Below are positions 7,730 to 18,044 of a DNA stretch of 28,025 nt, piece after piece. Each line of letters opens with the position of its first letter. The first letter of the stretch is position 1. Source of the DNA: Alphaproteobacteria bacterium (GTDB lineage Bacteria; Pseudomonadota; Alphaproteobacteria; UBA6615); NCBI GenBank assembly GCA_036445355.1, contig JAZFQY010000151.1:1-28025 (forward strand). Direction: 5' to 3'. The notes beneath the pieces are model-generated. The model did no database searches. It had not been told where the DNA came from and was given only the letters and a program-made list of their open reading frames with translations. The translations under genes and the position numbers were made by a program.

Positions 7730-8752
7730 ATGAGAAGGATCCCGGCCACGGTCGTCACCGGCTTCCTGGGCGCCGGCAAGACCAGCCTCATCCGCCATCT
7801 CTTGGCGCACGCGAACGGATACCGGCTGGCGCTGGTGATCAATGAGTTCGGCGAGCTGGGGGTCGACCGCGAGCTGCTGCTCGGCTGCGGCGGCTGCGGC
7901 GAGGACGAGGTGGTGGAGCTCGCCAATGGCTGCCTGTGCTGCACCGTCGCCGACGAATTCCTGCCGACCATCGAGATGCTGCTCGCGCGCAGCGCGCCGC
8001 CCGAGCACATCATCATCGAGACCTCGGGCCTGGCCCTGCCCAAGCCCCTGATCAAGGCCTTCGCCTGGCCGGAGGTGAGGAGCAGGGTCACGGTCGACGG
8101 CGTCATCGCGGTCATCGACGCCGAGGCCGTCGCCCAGGGACGCTTCGCCCCGGACCCGGAGGCGACGGCCCGCGCACGCGCCGCCGACCCGGCGCTCGAT
8201 CACGAGAGTCCCCTGGAGGAGCTGTTCGAGGACCAACTCACCGCCGCCGACCTGGTGGTGTTGAACAAGACCGACCTGGTCGACGGCGCGGCCCTGGGCG
8301 CCGTACAAGAAACAGTCGCCGCGCATCTGCGCCCGGCGGTCAAGACCCTGGGCGCCGTGCATGGCGCGGTGCCGCCTTCCGTCCTGCTGGGGCTCGATGC
8401 CGCGGCGGAGGACGACCTCGGCACCCGCCCAAGCCACCACGACGGCAAGACCGAGCACGACCACGACGACTTCACGAGCTTCACCCTGGCGCCGGGCCCG
8501 GTGGCCGACCCGGCGGCGCTGGTGGCGCGCCTGACCGCGGCGGCGCGGGCGCACGACATCCTGCGCGTCAAGGGCTTCCTCGACGTGCCCGGCAAGCCCA
8601 TGCGCCAAGTGGTGCAGGGAGTAGGCGAGCGCATGCAGCACTACTTCGATCGGCCCTGGGCGCCGGGCGAGGCGCGGCGATCGCGGCTGGTGGTGATCGG
8701 GCGCGCCGGGCTCGACCGGGCGGCGGTCGCCGCCGCCATCGAAGCGACTTAG
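7730..8752 (+). CDS. cobW: CobW, COG0523-family GTPase cobalt chaperone
   Basis: VVTGFLGAGKT, NEFGELGVD, GCLCC, IETSGLA, LNKTD, His/Asp-rich linker SHHDGKTEHDHDD, RVKG. Start at ATG 7730. Confidence 0.96.
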   Translation: MRRIPATVVTGFLGAGKTSLIRHLLAHANGYRLALVINEFGELGVDRELLLGCGGCGEDEVVELANGCLCCTVADEFLPTIEMLLARSAPPEHIIIETSGLALPKPLIKAFAWPEVRSRVTVDGVIAVIDAEAVAQGRFAPDPEATARARAADPALDHESPLEELFEDQLTAADLVVLNKTDLVDGAALGAVQETVAAHLRPAVKTLGAVHGAVPPSVLLGLDAAAEDDLGTRPSHHDGKTEHDHDDFTSFTLAPGPVADPAALVARLTAAARAHDILRVKGFLDVPGKPMRQVVQGVGERMQHYFDRPWAPGEARRSRLVVIGRAGLDRAAVAAAIEAT

Positions 8753-8762
8753 GCACACGCCG

Positions 8763-11700
8763 ATGCATCTGCTGGCGACCAAGCCTGGCGAGATACGCGA
8801 CGGCAGCGCGGCTGTCGACCTCGCCCAGACGCCGGGCGACATCGTCGTGCTCAGCGCCGCCGATACGGAGATCGCCTGCCTCGCCACCGCTCAGCGCGCA
8901 CGGGTCGAGACGGCGGCGGCCGTACCCAGCCTGCGCCTCGCCAATCTGATGCGCCTCGGCCACAATCTGTCGGTCGATCTCTATGTCGAAAAAACGGTGC
9001 GCCACGCAAGGCTCGTGGTGGTGCGCGTGCTCGGCGGGCGCGGCTACTGGCCCTACGGCGTCGACCAGATCGCCGCCACCTGTCGCACGGAAAACATCCC
9101 GGTCGCCTTCCTGCCCGGCGACGACCAGCCCGACGCCGAGCTGGACGGCTTCACCACCCTATCGCGCGACGCGGCGCACCGTCTGTGGCAGTTCCTGGTC
9201 AATGGCGGCGTCGACAACGCGGCCAGCTTTCTCGCCTATGCGGCGACGCTCAACGGCCGCAAGGGCGAATGGCGCGAACCGGCGCCGCTCCTGCGCGCCG
9301 GGCTCCACTGGCCGGACGTGGCGCAGCCGGATTTGGACGGACTCGAGGCGGAATGGCGCGCGCGGGGCCTGGACACGGCACCGCTGGCGGCAATTGTTTT
9401 CTACCGGGCGCTCAAGCAGGCGGGAAACCTGGCGGCGGTGGACGCGCTGGTGGCGGCGCTCATGGAGGCCGGGCTCAGGCCTCTGCCCATCTTCGCCGCC
9501 AGCCTGCGCGATGGGCCGGCGGCGGCGACCATCCGCGAGCTCCTTGCCGCAGCACCGCCGGACATCATCCTCAACACCACCGGCTTCGCGGTCGCGCGTC
9601 CCGGCGCGCCGGGCGCGGCGTCGCCCCTCGACGGCAGCGACTGCCCGGTGCTGCAGGTCGTCTTCTCCGGCGGTAGCGAGGAACAGTGGCGTTCGACGAC
9701 GAACGGCCTGTCGCCGCGCGACATCGCCATGAACGTCGCCCTGCCGGAGGTGGACGGGCGGGTGCTCGCCCGCGCCGTCTCCTTCAAGGGGGTGACGCGG
9801 CGCGACGTCCTCACCGAGGCCGACATCGTCGCCTACGACCCGGTGCCCGACCGCATCGAATTCACCGCGCGCCTCGCCGCCAACTGGTGTCGCCTGCGGG
9901 CGACGCCGGCGGTACAGCGCCGGGTGGCCTTGGTGCTCGCCAACTACCCCAACCGCGACGGCCGCATGGGCAATGGCGTAGGCCTCGACACCCCCGCCGC
10001 CACCGTGACCGTCCTGCGTGCCCTCGAGGCGGCAGGATACGCGGTGGCGGACGTGCCGGCGGACGGCGATGCGCTGGTGCGCCGCCTCGGCGCCGGCCCC
10101 ACCAACGCGACCGTCGCCGGGCGCGCCGTGCGCGAGACCCTGCCGCGCGCCCGATACGATGCGTTTTTCGCGGCGCTGCCCGACGCGGTGCAGGCGCAAG
10201 TGCGCGCGCGCTGGGGCGAGCCCCATTCCGATCCGCTCTACATGAAGGACAAGGAAGCGTTCGCCATCCCGGCCTTTCGCTGCGGCCACGTCGTCATCGG
10301 CCTGCAGCCGGCGCGCGGCTACAACATCGACCCGGCGGCGAGCTACCACGACCCGGCGCTGACGCCGCCGCACGGCTACTTCGCCTTTTATGCCTGGCTG
10401 CGCCACGCCTTCGCCGCCCACGCCATCGTCCATATGGGCAAGCACGGCAATCTGGAATGGCTGCCCGGCAAGGCGTGTGCGCTCTCCGAGGAATGCTTCC
10501 CGGAGGCGGCCCTGGGCCCCATGCCCCACCTCTACCCCTTCATCGTCAACGACCCCGGCGAGGGCAGCCAGGCGAAGCGCCGGGCGCAAGCGGTGATCGT
10601 CGACCATCTGACGCCGCCCTTGACCCGCGCCGAGAGCTACGGGCCCTTGAAGGATCTGGAACTGCTCGTCGACGAGTACTACGAAGCGGCGACCCTCGAC
10701 CCGCGGCGCCTACCCGTGTTGCGCCGCGACATCCTGGAGCTCGTGCAGTCCACCCACCTCGACCGCGAGCTGGGCATCGTCCGCATCGACGACGAGGACG
10801 CGGCGCTTTCCAAGCTCGACGCCTATCTGTGCGAGCTGAAGGAGATGCAGATCCGCGACGGTCTGCACGTCTTCGGCGTCTCGCCGGCGGGCGACCAGCT
10901 GACCGACCTGCTGGTGGCGCTGGCGCGCCTGCCGCGCGGCACGGCACCCAGCGACGCCTCCCTTAACCGCGCACTGGCCGCCGACCTGGGGCTCGACCTC
11001 GATCCCCTGGACTGCGACTTGGCTGCGCCTTGGAACGGCCCGCAGCCGGCGCCGCTGATGAACGGCGCCGCGTGGCGCAGCACCGGGGATACGGTGGAAC
11101 GCCTGGAGCAGCTGGCGCGCGGTCTGGTCGCCGGCGATACCCGACCGGACCCGGCCTGGACGTGCACCGGCGCCGTTCTCGAGGAGGTGGAGACGCGCCT
11201 GCGCCCCGCCGTGGCGGCGTGCGGCGCGGAGGAGATGGCGGGACTCCTCGCCGGGCTCGACGGGCGCTTTGTCGCTCCCGGATCCAGCGGCGCGCCGACC
11301 CGCGGCCGGCCCGACGTGCTGCCCACAGGGCGCAACTTCTATTCCATCGACACGCGCACCGTGCCCACCCCGGCGGCCTGGCAACTCGGCTGGAAATCGG
11401 CTGCGCTGCTGGTCGAGCGCTACGCCCAGGACCACGGCGACTGGCCGCGGGCGATGGCGCTTACCGCCTGGGGCACCAGCAACATGCGCACCGGCGGCGA
11501 CGACGTGGCGCAGGCCCTGGCACTCATCGGCTGCCGCCCCACATGGGACGCGGCATCGCGCCGGGTGACGGGGTTCGAGGTGCTGCCGGTGTCGGTCCTC
11601 GACCGGCCGCGGGTGGACGTGACCTTGCGCGTCTCCGGCTTCTTCCGCGATGCGTTTTCCAATCTCATCGACCTGTTCGATTCGGCGGTGTGTGCGGTGG

Positions 11701-12518
11701 CTGCACTGGAGGATGAGGGCCCGGACGACAACCCCATCGCCCAGCGCGTCACCGCCGACGAGGCGGCGTTGATCGAGGCCGGCGTCGCGCCACCGGATGC
11801 CCTACGCCGCGCCACCTGGCGGATCTTCGGCTCCAAGCCCGGCGCCTATGGGGCGGGCCTGCAGGCGCTCATCGACGAGCACGGCTGGCGGGACGACGCC
11901 GACCTCGCCCGCGCCTACATCGCCTGGGGCGGTTACGCCTATGGCGCCGGCGCAGAGGGCGTCGCCGCCCATTCGAGCTTCGAGCGCCGGCTGAAGGCGG
12001 TCCAGGCCGTGGTCCACAATCAGGACAACCGGGAGCACGACCTCCTCGACAGCGACGACTATTACCAGTTCGAAGGCGGGCTCGTGGCGGCGGTGCGTAA
12101 CCTCAAAGGCGACCAGCCCGCCGCCTATCACAACGACCATTCGCGTCCCTTCGCGCCCAAGGTGCGCGCGTTGGAGGACGAGGTGGCGCGCGTGGTGCGC
12201 GCGCGGGTGGTCAATCCGAAATGGATCGAAGGCGTCATGCGCCACGGCTACAAGGGCGCCTTCGAGATGGCGGCGACCGTGGATTACCTGTTCGCCTTCG
12301 CCGCCACGGCGCGCTGCGTGAAGGACCATCAGTTCGACCTGGTCTACGACGCCTATATTGGCGACGCGGCGGTGCGCGGCTTCATCGCCCGACACAACCC
12401 CGCGGCGCTCGCCGAGATGGCGGCGCGCCTCCTGGAGGCGGAGGAGCGCGGCCTGTGGCGGCCACGCTCCAACAGCGCCCATGGCGACTTGATACGGCTT
12501 GCCGGTGAAGCGTCATGA
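8763..12518 (+). CDS. cobN: Cobaltochelatase subunit CobN
   Basis: 1251 aa; LPEVDGR, NYPNRDGRMGNGVGLD, HMGKHGNLEWLPGK, LPTGRNFYS, RVVNPKWIEG motifs. Confidence 0.97.
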   Translation: MHLLATKPGEIRDGSAAVDLAQTPGDIVVLSAADTEIACLATAQRARVETAAAVPSLRLANLMRLGHNLSVDLYVEKTVRHARLVVVRVLGGRGYWPYGVDQIAATCRTENIPVAFLPGDDQPDAELDGFTTLSRDAAHRLWQFLVNGGVDNAASFLAYAATLNGRKGEWREPAPLLRAGLHWPDVAQPDLDGLEAEWRARGLDTAPLAAIVFYRALKQAGNLAAVDALVAALMEAGLRPLPIFAASLRDGPAAATIRELLAAAPPDIILNTTGFAVARPGAPGAASPLDGSDCPVLQVVFSGGSEEQWRSTTNGLSPRDIAMNVALPEVDGRVLARAVSFKGVTRRDVLTEADIVAYDPVPDRIEFTARLAANWCRLRATPAVQRRVALVLANYPNRDGRMGNGVGLDTPAATVTVLRALEAAGYAVADVPADGDALVRRLGAGPTNATVAGRAVRETLPRARYDAFFAALPDAVQAQVRARWGEPHSDPLYMKDKEAFAIPAFRCGHVVIGLQPARGYNIDPAASYHDPALTPPHGYFAFYAWLRHAFAAHAIVHMGKHGNLEWLPGKACALSEECFPEAALGPMPHLYPFIVNDPGEGSQAKRRAQAVIVDHLTPPLTRAESYGPLKDLELLVDEYYEAATLDPRRLPVLRRDILELVQSTHLDRELGIVRIDDEDAALSKLDAYLCELKEMQIRDGLHVFGVSPAGDQLTDLLVALARLPRGTAPSDASLNRALAADLGLDLDPLDCDLAAPWNGPQPAPLMNGAAWRSTGDTVERLEQLARGLVAGDTRPDPAWTCTGAVLEEVETRLRPAVAACGAEEMAGLLAGLDGRFVAPGSSGAPTRGRPDVLPTGRNFYSIDTRTVPTPAAWQLGWKSAALLVERYAQDHGDWPRAMALTAWGTSNMRTGGDDVAQALALIGCRPTWDAASRRVTGFEVLPVSVLDRPRVDVTLRVSGFFRDAFSNLIDLFDSAVCAVAALEDEGPDDNPIAQRVTADEAALIEAGVAPPDALRRATWRIFGSKPGAYGAGLQALIDEHGWRDDADLARAYIAWGGYAYGAGAEGVAAHSSFERRLKAVQAVVHNQDNREHDLLDSDDYYQFEGGLVAAVRNLKGDQPAAYHNDHSRPFAPKVRALEDEVARVVRARVVNPKWIEGVMRHGYKGAFEMAATVDYLFAFAATARCVKDHQFDLVYDAYIGDAAVRGFIARHNPAALAEMAARLLEAEERGLWRPRSNSAHGDLIRLAGEAS

Positions 12519-13123
12519 TCGACACCGACGTAAATGCCCGCCATGCAGAGAAAAAGCGCAAGCAAAAGGCGGCGCGCGACCGCATGCTCGCTACCAAGAC
12601 CATGGAGAAGGGCCTCCTCATCGTCCACACCGGCAAGGGCAAGGGCAAGACGACGGCGGCGATGGGCCTAGCCCTGCGTGCGCTCGGCCACGGCCAAAAG
12701 GTGGGCATGGTGCAATTCGTGAAGGGCGCTTGGGCGTCCGGCGAGCGCGACGCCCTGGCCCGTTTTGACGACCTGATCACGATCAGGGTGATGGGCGAGG
12801 GCTTCACCTGGGAGACCCAGGATCGCGACCGCGACATCGCCGCCGCCGGTGCCGCCTGGCAGGCGGCGCTGGACATGCTCGCCGATCCGTCCTATCGGCT
12901 GGTGATACTGGACGAGCTCAATATCGTGCTGCGCTACGACTACCTGCCGCTCGCCGAGGTGCTGGCCGGCCTGTCGGCCAAGCCGCCCGACCAGCATGTC
13001 GTAGTCACCGGGCGCAACGCGTCGCCGGCGCTGATCGAGGCCGCCGACCTGGTGACGGAGATGACCCTGGTCAAGCATCCGTTCCGCGCCGGCATCAAGG
13101 CGCAGCCCGGCATCGAGTTCTAA
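12515..13123 (+). CDS. cobO: Cob(I)yrinic acid a,c-diamide adenosyltransferase
   Basis: HTGKGKGKTTAAMG, QFVKG, GEGFTW, LDELN, TGRNA, KHPF..GIKAQPGIEF; ATGA overlap with cobN. Confidence 0.97.
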   Translation: MIDTDVNARHAEKKRKQKAARDRMLATKTMEKGLLIVHTGKGKGKTTAAMGLALRALGHGQKVGMVQFVKGAWASGERDALARFDDLITIRVMGEGFTWETQDRDRDIAAAGAAWQAALDMLADPSYRLVILDELNIVLRYDYLPLAEVLAGLSAKPPDQHVVVTGRNASPALIEAADLVTEMTLVKHPFRAGIKAQPGIEF

Positions 13124-13187
13124 CCGCCCAATGGAGGCGACGCATTCGGGAGGACCGCAGCCCGTGCAACACAGGAGAGATGGAATC

Positions 13188-13871
13188 ATGACTATGAGAC
13201 TCACGCCCTTCATCGCACTTGCGCTTCTCGCCGCCGGCACGGCGCCCGCCGCCGCCGTCGAGGCCGACAAGCCGCACCAGCTGGTGGACGAGGCCGTCGT
13301 CACCGTCGAAACCCTGCTTAGGGACAAGCAGATCGGACCCAACCTGGCCAGCGCCTTGGCGAAGGCGCGCGGCGTGCTCATCGTCCCGGCCCTGATCAAG
13401 GGCGGCTTTATCGTCGGCGCCGCTGGCGGCAGCGGCGTGCTGCTGGCGCGCATGGCCGACGGGGGCTGGAGCTCGCCCGCCTTCATCACCATTGGCGAGG
13501 CCTCGATCGGATTGCAGATCGGCGGCTCCGTCTCGGAAGTGATGCTGGTGGTCAATACGGAGAAGGGACTCGACTCGATTTTGCGCCGCAAGTTGACATT
13601 GGGCGCCGAAGTAGAGATCGCCGTCGGCCCTATCGGCGCCGGCTTGGGCGCGCAGACCACCGCCGCGGTCGGGGCCGATGTTTGGACCTACGCGCGCAGC
13701 CGTGGCCTGTTCGCCGGCGGCGCCTTCGACGGTGCCTATATCGAGCCGCGCGACGACTGGAACCTGATCTACTACGGCCAGCGCCTCGGCTCCAAGGACA
13801 TCACCACCAACCCGAGCATCAACAACCCCCACGCCAAATCCCTGCGCGATGCCCTTGCCAGACCGCGATGA
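13188..13871 (+). CDS. Exported SYLF/Ysc84-like (lipid-binding family) protein
   Basis: SD AGGAGA upstream. Signal-peptide-like [27 protein letters not shown] motifs [45 protein letters not shown]. Confidence 0.88.
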   Translation: MTMRLTPFIALALLAAGTAPAAAVEADKPHQLVDEAVVTVETLLRDKQIGPNLASALAKARGVLIVPALIKGGFIVGAAGGSGVLLARMADGGWSSPAFITIGEASIGLQIGGSVSEVMLVVNTEKGLDSILRRKLTLGAEVEIAVGPIGAGLGAQTTAAVGADVWTYARSRGLFAGGAFDGAYIEPRDDWNLIYYGQRLGSKDITTNPSINNPHAKSLRDALARPR

Positions 13872-15399
13872 CATAAGCGCCACCCCGGCCCTGATGATCC
13901 AGGGCACCGGCTCCCATGTCGGCAAGTCGCTGATCGTCGCCGGCTTGTGCCGGGCCTTTGCGCGACGGGGGCTGACGGTGCGGCCGTTCAAGCCGCAGAA
14001 CATGTCCAACAACGCCGCCGTCGCGGCGGGCGGCGAGATCGGCCGGGCACAGGCGCTGCAGGCGCGCGCCTGCGGCACCGCGCCCACGGTCGACATGAAC
14101 CCGGTGCTCCTGAAGCCCGAGGGCGAGACCGGCAGCCAGGTCGTGGTCCAGGGAAGGGTCGAGGGTCGCGCCGGCGCCCGTGACTACCACGCGCTGAAGC
14201 CGCGCCTGATGCCGCGGGTGTTGGAGAGCTTCGCCCGCCTCTCGGAGGACGCCGAGTTGATCCTGGTCGAGGGCGCGGGCAGCCCGGCCGAAGTCAATCT
14301 GCGCGCCGGCGACATCGCCAATATGGGCTTCGCCGTCGCGGCGCGGGTACCCGTGTTGATCGTTGCCGACGTCGAGCGTGGCGGCGCGCTGGCGAGTCTC
14401 ATCGGCACCTGGGACCTGTTGGAGGCATCCGAGCGGCGACTGGTGCACGGCTACCTCGTCAACAAGTTCCGCGGCGATGTATCCCTGTTCGACGACGCGC
14501 TCGGCGTCATCGGCGTCCGCACCGGGCTCGACTGCCTGGGCGTCGTCCCCCACTTCGCCGCGGCAGGGCGGCTGCCGGCCGAGGATTCGGTGGCGCTCGA
14601 TTCCCGGGCCCAAGCCGGCGCGAACGCCGGCGCGATCCACGTCGCCGTGCCGCGACTGCCGCGCATCGCCAACTTCGATGATCTCGATCCCCTCGCCGCC
14701 GAGCCGGGGGTGCAGTTGGAGATCGTGCCGCCGGGCCGGCCGCTGCCGGTCACGGCCGACCTGATCATCCTGCCGGGATCGAAGGCGAGCCTCGCCGACC
14801 TCGAATTCCTCAGGCGCGAGGGCTGGAACATCGACATCCGCGCCGCGTACCGGCGCGGCACGCGGGTGATCGGCCTATGCGCCGGATACCAGATGCTCGG
14901 GCGGCGCATCGCAGACCCGGACGGTATCGAGGGCACGCCCGGTGCCGCGGACGGGCTCGGCCTGCTGGACGTGGAAACGGTGATCACCGGCGACAAGACC
15001 CTGGCCGAGGCGCGCGGCAAGGACATCGCCAGCGGTGCCGCGGTCTCCGGATACGAGATGCATATGGGCCGCACCACCGGCCCGGACCTGGCGCGGCCCA
15101 TGCTGGAGCTGGCGGGCCGGCCGGAGGGTGCGCGCTCGGCCGATGGTCTCGCCGCCGGCACGAACTTGCACGGCCTATTCGCATCGGACGAATTCCGGCG
15201 CGCGCTTCTTGCCGAGCTCGGTGCGGCGCGCGCCGGCGATCGATCCTACGAGGCGATCATCGACGACACGCTCGACCGGCTGGCCGACCATTTGCAGCGC
15301 CACCTGGATCTGGACCGGCTGTTCGCCATCGCGCGCGGCCGCCCGCTCACAGGCCCAGCCGCAGGGCGAACAGGATCGCAACCATCGCGAAGTCCATGA
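13849..15399 (+). CDS. cobQ: Cobyric acid synthase (start uncertain: 13849 or 13894)
   Basis: [61 protein letters not shown] motifs. Confidence 0.95.
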   Translation: MPLPDRDDISATPALMIQGTGSHVGKSLIVAGLCRAFARRGLTVRPFKPQNMSNNAAVAAGGEIGRAQALQARACGTAPTVDMNPVLLKPEGETGSQVVVQGRVEGRAGARDYHALKPRLMPRVLESFARLSEDAELILVEGAGSPAEVNLRAGDIANMGFAVAARVPVLIVADVERGGALASLIGTWDLLEASERRLVHGYLVNKFRGDVSLFDDALGVIGVRTGLDCLGVVPHFAAAGRLPAEDSVALDSRAQAGANAGAIHVAVPRLPRIANFDDLDPLAAEPGVQLEIVPPGRPLPVTADLIILPGSKASLADLEFLRREGWNIDIRAAYRRGTRVIGLCAGYQMLGRRIADPDGIEGTPGAADGLGLLDVETVITGDKTLAEARGKDIASGAAVSGYEMHMGRTTGPDLARPMLELAGRPEGARSADGLAAGTNLHGLFASDEFRRALLAELGAARAGDRSYEAIIDDTLDRLADHLQRHLDLDRLFAIARGRPLTGPAAGRTGSQPSRSP

Positions 15400-16351
15400 G
15401 ACATGCGACGATGAAGAGGTAGAGCGCACGATGGATGTCCCAGACGCCGGCGCGGGCGTCAAATTCGTCGCCGATCCAGGGGTCGGCGACCGCCTCGCCG
15501 CCATAGCGGCGCGGGCCGGCGAGGGCGACGCCCAGGGCGCCGGCCATGGCCGCCTCGGGCCAGCCGGCATTGAAGGAGCGGTGCTTGCCCGCGTCGCGCA
15601 GCATCACCTTGAACGCCCGCGCCGGCCGGACGGCGGGGGCGAAGGCCGCCGCGGCGGCGATGAGCACGCCGGCGAGGCGCGCCGGTATCGCGTTCACCGC
15701 GTCGTCGAGGCGCGCCGCAGTGGCGCCGAAGGCGGCGTGGCGCTCGGTTCGGTGGCCGATCATGCTGTCCATGGTATTGACGCACTTGTAGGCGACCAGC
15801 CCCGGCAGGCCGAGCAGCGCATACCAGAACACCGGCGCCACCACCCCGTCGGCGAAGTTCTCGGCCAGGCTCTCGATCGCCGCGCGGGCGACGCCGTGGC
15901 CATCGAGGCTCGCCGTGTCGCGGCCGACGATGTGGCGCACCGCCGCGCGGCCGCCGTCCGCGCCCTCCCGCACCAGGCCGCGCGCCACGGCGTGCACATG
16001 CACGAACAGGCTGCGCTGGGCGAGGAGGACCGTCACCACCAGGAGCTCCAGCAGCCAGCCATAGGGAAGCGCCCGGGCGAGCGCCGCCATGCCCCAGCCG
16101 GCGAGGATCGACAGACCCACCATGACCAAGGCGGCGACGGCGCCGCGTACGGCGCGCGCGCGCCAACTGCGCTTCTCGCGGTTGAGGCGGCGGTCGAACC
16201 AGCCGATGCCGGCGCCCATCACCGCCACCGGGTGGGGCAGGTAGCGAAAGACCGGCCGTATGCCGCCGAAAGCGGCGTCGAGGGCGAGCGCCAGCATCAA
16301 GACAAACAGCGGCGCCGCGCCGCCGGTGAGCTCGGGACCGGGGAGAGGCAT
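15347..16351 (-). CDS. cobD: Adenosylcobinamide-phosphate synthase CobD/CbiB
   Basis: [67 protein letters not shown]. Confidence 0.96.
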   Translation of the reverse strand: MPLPGPELTGGAAPLFVLMLALALDAAFGGIRPVFRYLPHPVAVMGAGIGWFDRRLNREKRSWRARAVRGAVAALVMVGLSILAGWGMAALARALPYGWLLELLVVTVLLAQRSLFVHVHAVARGLVREGADGGRAAVRHIVGRDTASLDGHGVARAAIESLAENFADGVVAPVFWYALLGLPGLVAYKCVNTMDSMIGHRTERHAAFGATAARLDDAVNAIPARLAGVLIAAAAAFAPAVRPARAFKVMLRDAGKHRSFNAGWPEAAMAGALGVALAGPRRYGGEAVADPWIGDEFDARAGVWDIHRALYLFIVACLMDFAMVAILFALRLGL

Positions 16352-16416
16352 GCTGCGGCGAGGATGGCGGCCGAGCGCGGCATCGTCAATCGCCCGATAC
16401 CAGAGGAGGATCGCTC

Positions 16417-17415
16417 ATGGTCGCCAAGACCGGGGTGATGCTCTGCGGCCACGGCAGCCGCGACCCGCGCGCGATCGAGGAATTCGCCGCCGTCGCGGCG
16501 ACCCTGCGCCGCCGGCTGACGTCATACGAGACGGAATACGGATTCCTCGAATTCGCCACCCCAGTCATCCGCGGCGGGCTCGACCGCCTGCGCGCGCGCG
16601 GCGTCGGCCGGGTGCTGGCGGTGCCCGGCATGCTGTTCGCCGCCGGCCACACCAAGAACGACATCCCCTCGGTGCTCAACACATACGCCGCCCAACACCC
16701 CGAACTCGTGATTCAGTACGGCCGTGACCTCGGTCTCGATATCAAACTCATGCGCGCCGCCGGCGCGCGCATAACCGGTGCGGTCGCGACGGCCGACGCC
16801 GAGGGCGCGCCGATTGCGCGCTACGACACCCTCCTGCTCACGGTGGGGCGCGGCACCTCCGATCCCGATGCCAATGCCAACATCGCCAAGGTCGCGCGCA
16901 TGTTGTGGGAGGGGCTGGGCTTCGGCTGGGGCGAGACCGCCTATTCCGGCGTTACCTTTCCCCTCGTTCACCCGGCCTTGGCGTATGCGGCGAAGCTGGG
17001 CTTTCGGCGCATCGTCGTCTTTCCCTATTTCCTGTTCACCGGCGTCCTGGTGCGGCGCATCTACGCGCACACGGACCTGGCGGCGGCGGCGCATCCCGAA
17101 ATCCAGTTCGTCAAGGCGCCCTATCTGGGTGACCACAAACTGGTGCTCGACGCCCTCGTCGAGCGCGTGCAGGAGATACTAGACGGCGCCAACGTGATGA
17201 ACTGCCAGTTGTGCAAATACCGGGAGCAGGTGCTGGGCTTCGAGGACGAGGTGGGCCTCGCCCAACGCAGCCACCACCATCACGTCGAGGGAATCGGCGT
17301 CGGCCATGCCCACGACCACGGCGCCCACGGCCACCATCACCCCTACCCTCACGCCGACCATCCCTTGGGTCCCAAGACCCTGGCCGACGTTCCGGCCGAG
17401 GGTGCCGCCGAATGA
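16417..17415 (+). CDS. cbiX: Long-form CbiX sirohydrochlorin chelatase-like protein with MxCxxC motif and His-rich tail
   Basis: LCGHGSRD, GFLEFATP, PGMLFAAGHTKNDIP, GRGTSD, PYFLFTG, MNCQLCKYR, HHHHVEG...HAHDHGAHGHHHPYPH; SD GAGGAGG. Confidence 0.9.
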   Translation: MVAKTGVMLCGHGSRDPRAIEEFAAVAATLRRRLTSYETEYGFLEFATPVIRGGLDRLRARGVGRVLAVPGMLFAAGHTKNDIPSVLNTYAAQHPELVIQYGRDLGLDIKLMRAAGARITGAVATADAEGAPIARYDTLLLTVGRGTSDPDANANIAKVARMLWEGLGFGWGETAYSGVTFPLVHPALAYAAKLGFRRIVVFPYFLFTGVLVRRIYAHTDLAAAAHPEIQFVKAPYLGDHKLVLDALVERVQEILDGANVMNCQLCKYREQVLGFEDEVGLAQRSHHHHVEGIGVGHAHDHGAHGHHHPYPHADHPLGPKTLADVPAEGAAE

Positions 17416-18044
17416 GTCTTGGTGATGTACCCGCGATGAACCCCCGCTTCGACTATATCCGCGAGCCGCCGGCCATCTATGAGCGCTCGTTCGAGTTGGT
17501 GCGCGCCGCCATCGACCTGTCGGGGGTGCCGGCGGACCTGCACGCGGTGGCGCTGCGTATCGTCCACGCCTGTGGTCAGCCGGAGGTGATCCGCCACCTG
17601 CGCGCCTCCAACGGCGCCGGGGAGATCGGCCGTGGGGCGCTCGCCGGCGGCGCTCTCGTGCTCGCCGACACCCGCATGACCGCCGATGGCATCGGGCGCC
17701 TGCCGGCGGGCGGGCGCATCCTCTGCACCCTCGACCTCGCCGAGGCACGGCGCGGTATGACCCGCACGGCGGCGGCGGTGGAGCGTTGGCCGCCCTGGCT
17801 CGCGGGCGCGGTGGTCGCCATCGGCAACGCGCCCACCGCCCTGTTCCGCCTCTTGGAGGGGCTCGGATCCGGATGGCCGCGCCCGGCGCTGGTGCTGGGC
17901 TTTCCCGTCGGCTTCGTCGGCGCGGCGGAGGCAAAGGCGGCGCTCGCGGACTCGGACCTGCCCCATATCACGCTGGAGGGCCGCAGCGGCGGCAGCGCCA
18001 TGGCCGCGGCGGCGGTGAACGCGCTCGCGGGCGGAGCGCCGTGA
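17412..18044 (+). CDS. cobH: Precorrin-8X methylmutase
   Basis: IYERSF, RIVHACG, TRTAAA, IGNAPTALF, PVGFVGAAEAK, GRSGGSAMAAAAVNAL; ATGA overlap with cbiX. Confidence 0.96.
   Translation: MSLGDVPAMNPRFDYIREPPAIYERSFELVRAAIDLSGVPADLHAVALRIVHACGQPEVIRHLRASNGAGEIGRGALAGGALVLADTRMTADGIGRLPAGGRILCTLDLAEARRGMTRTAAAVERWPPWLAGAVVAIGNAPTALFRLLEGLGSGWPRPALVLGFPVGFVGAAEAKAALADSDLPHITLEGRSGGSAMAAAAVNALAGGAP

Noticed and set aside
7512-7733. Small ORFs within the MITE (7512-7733, 7531-7725) and the 7562 start for cobW
   Set aside because: No SD, no transposase-like motifs; CobW homology begins at ATG 7730.
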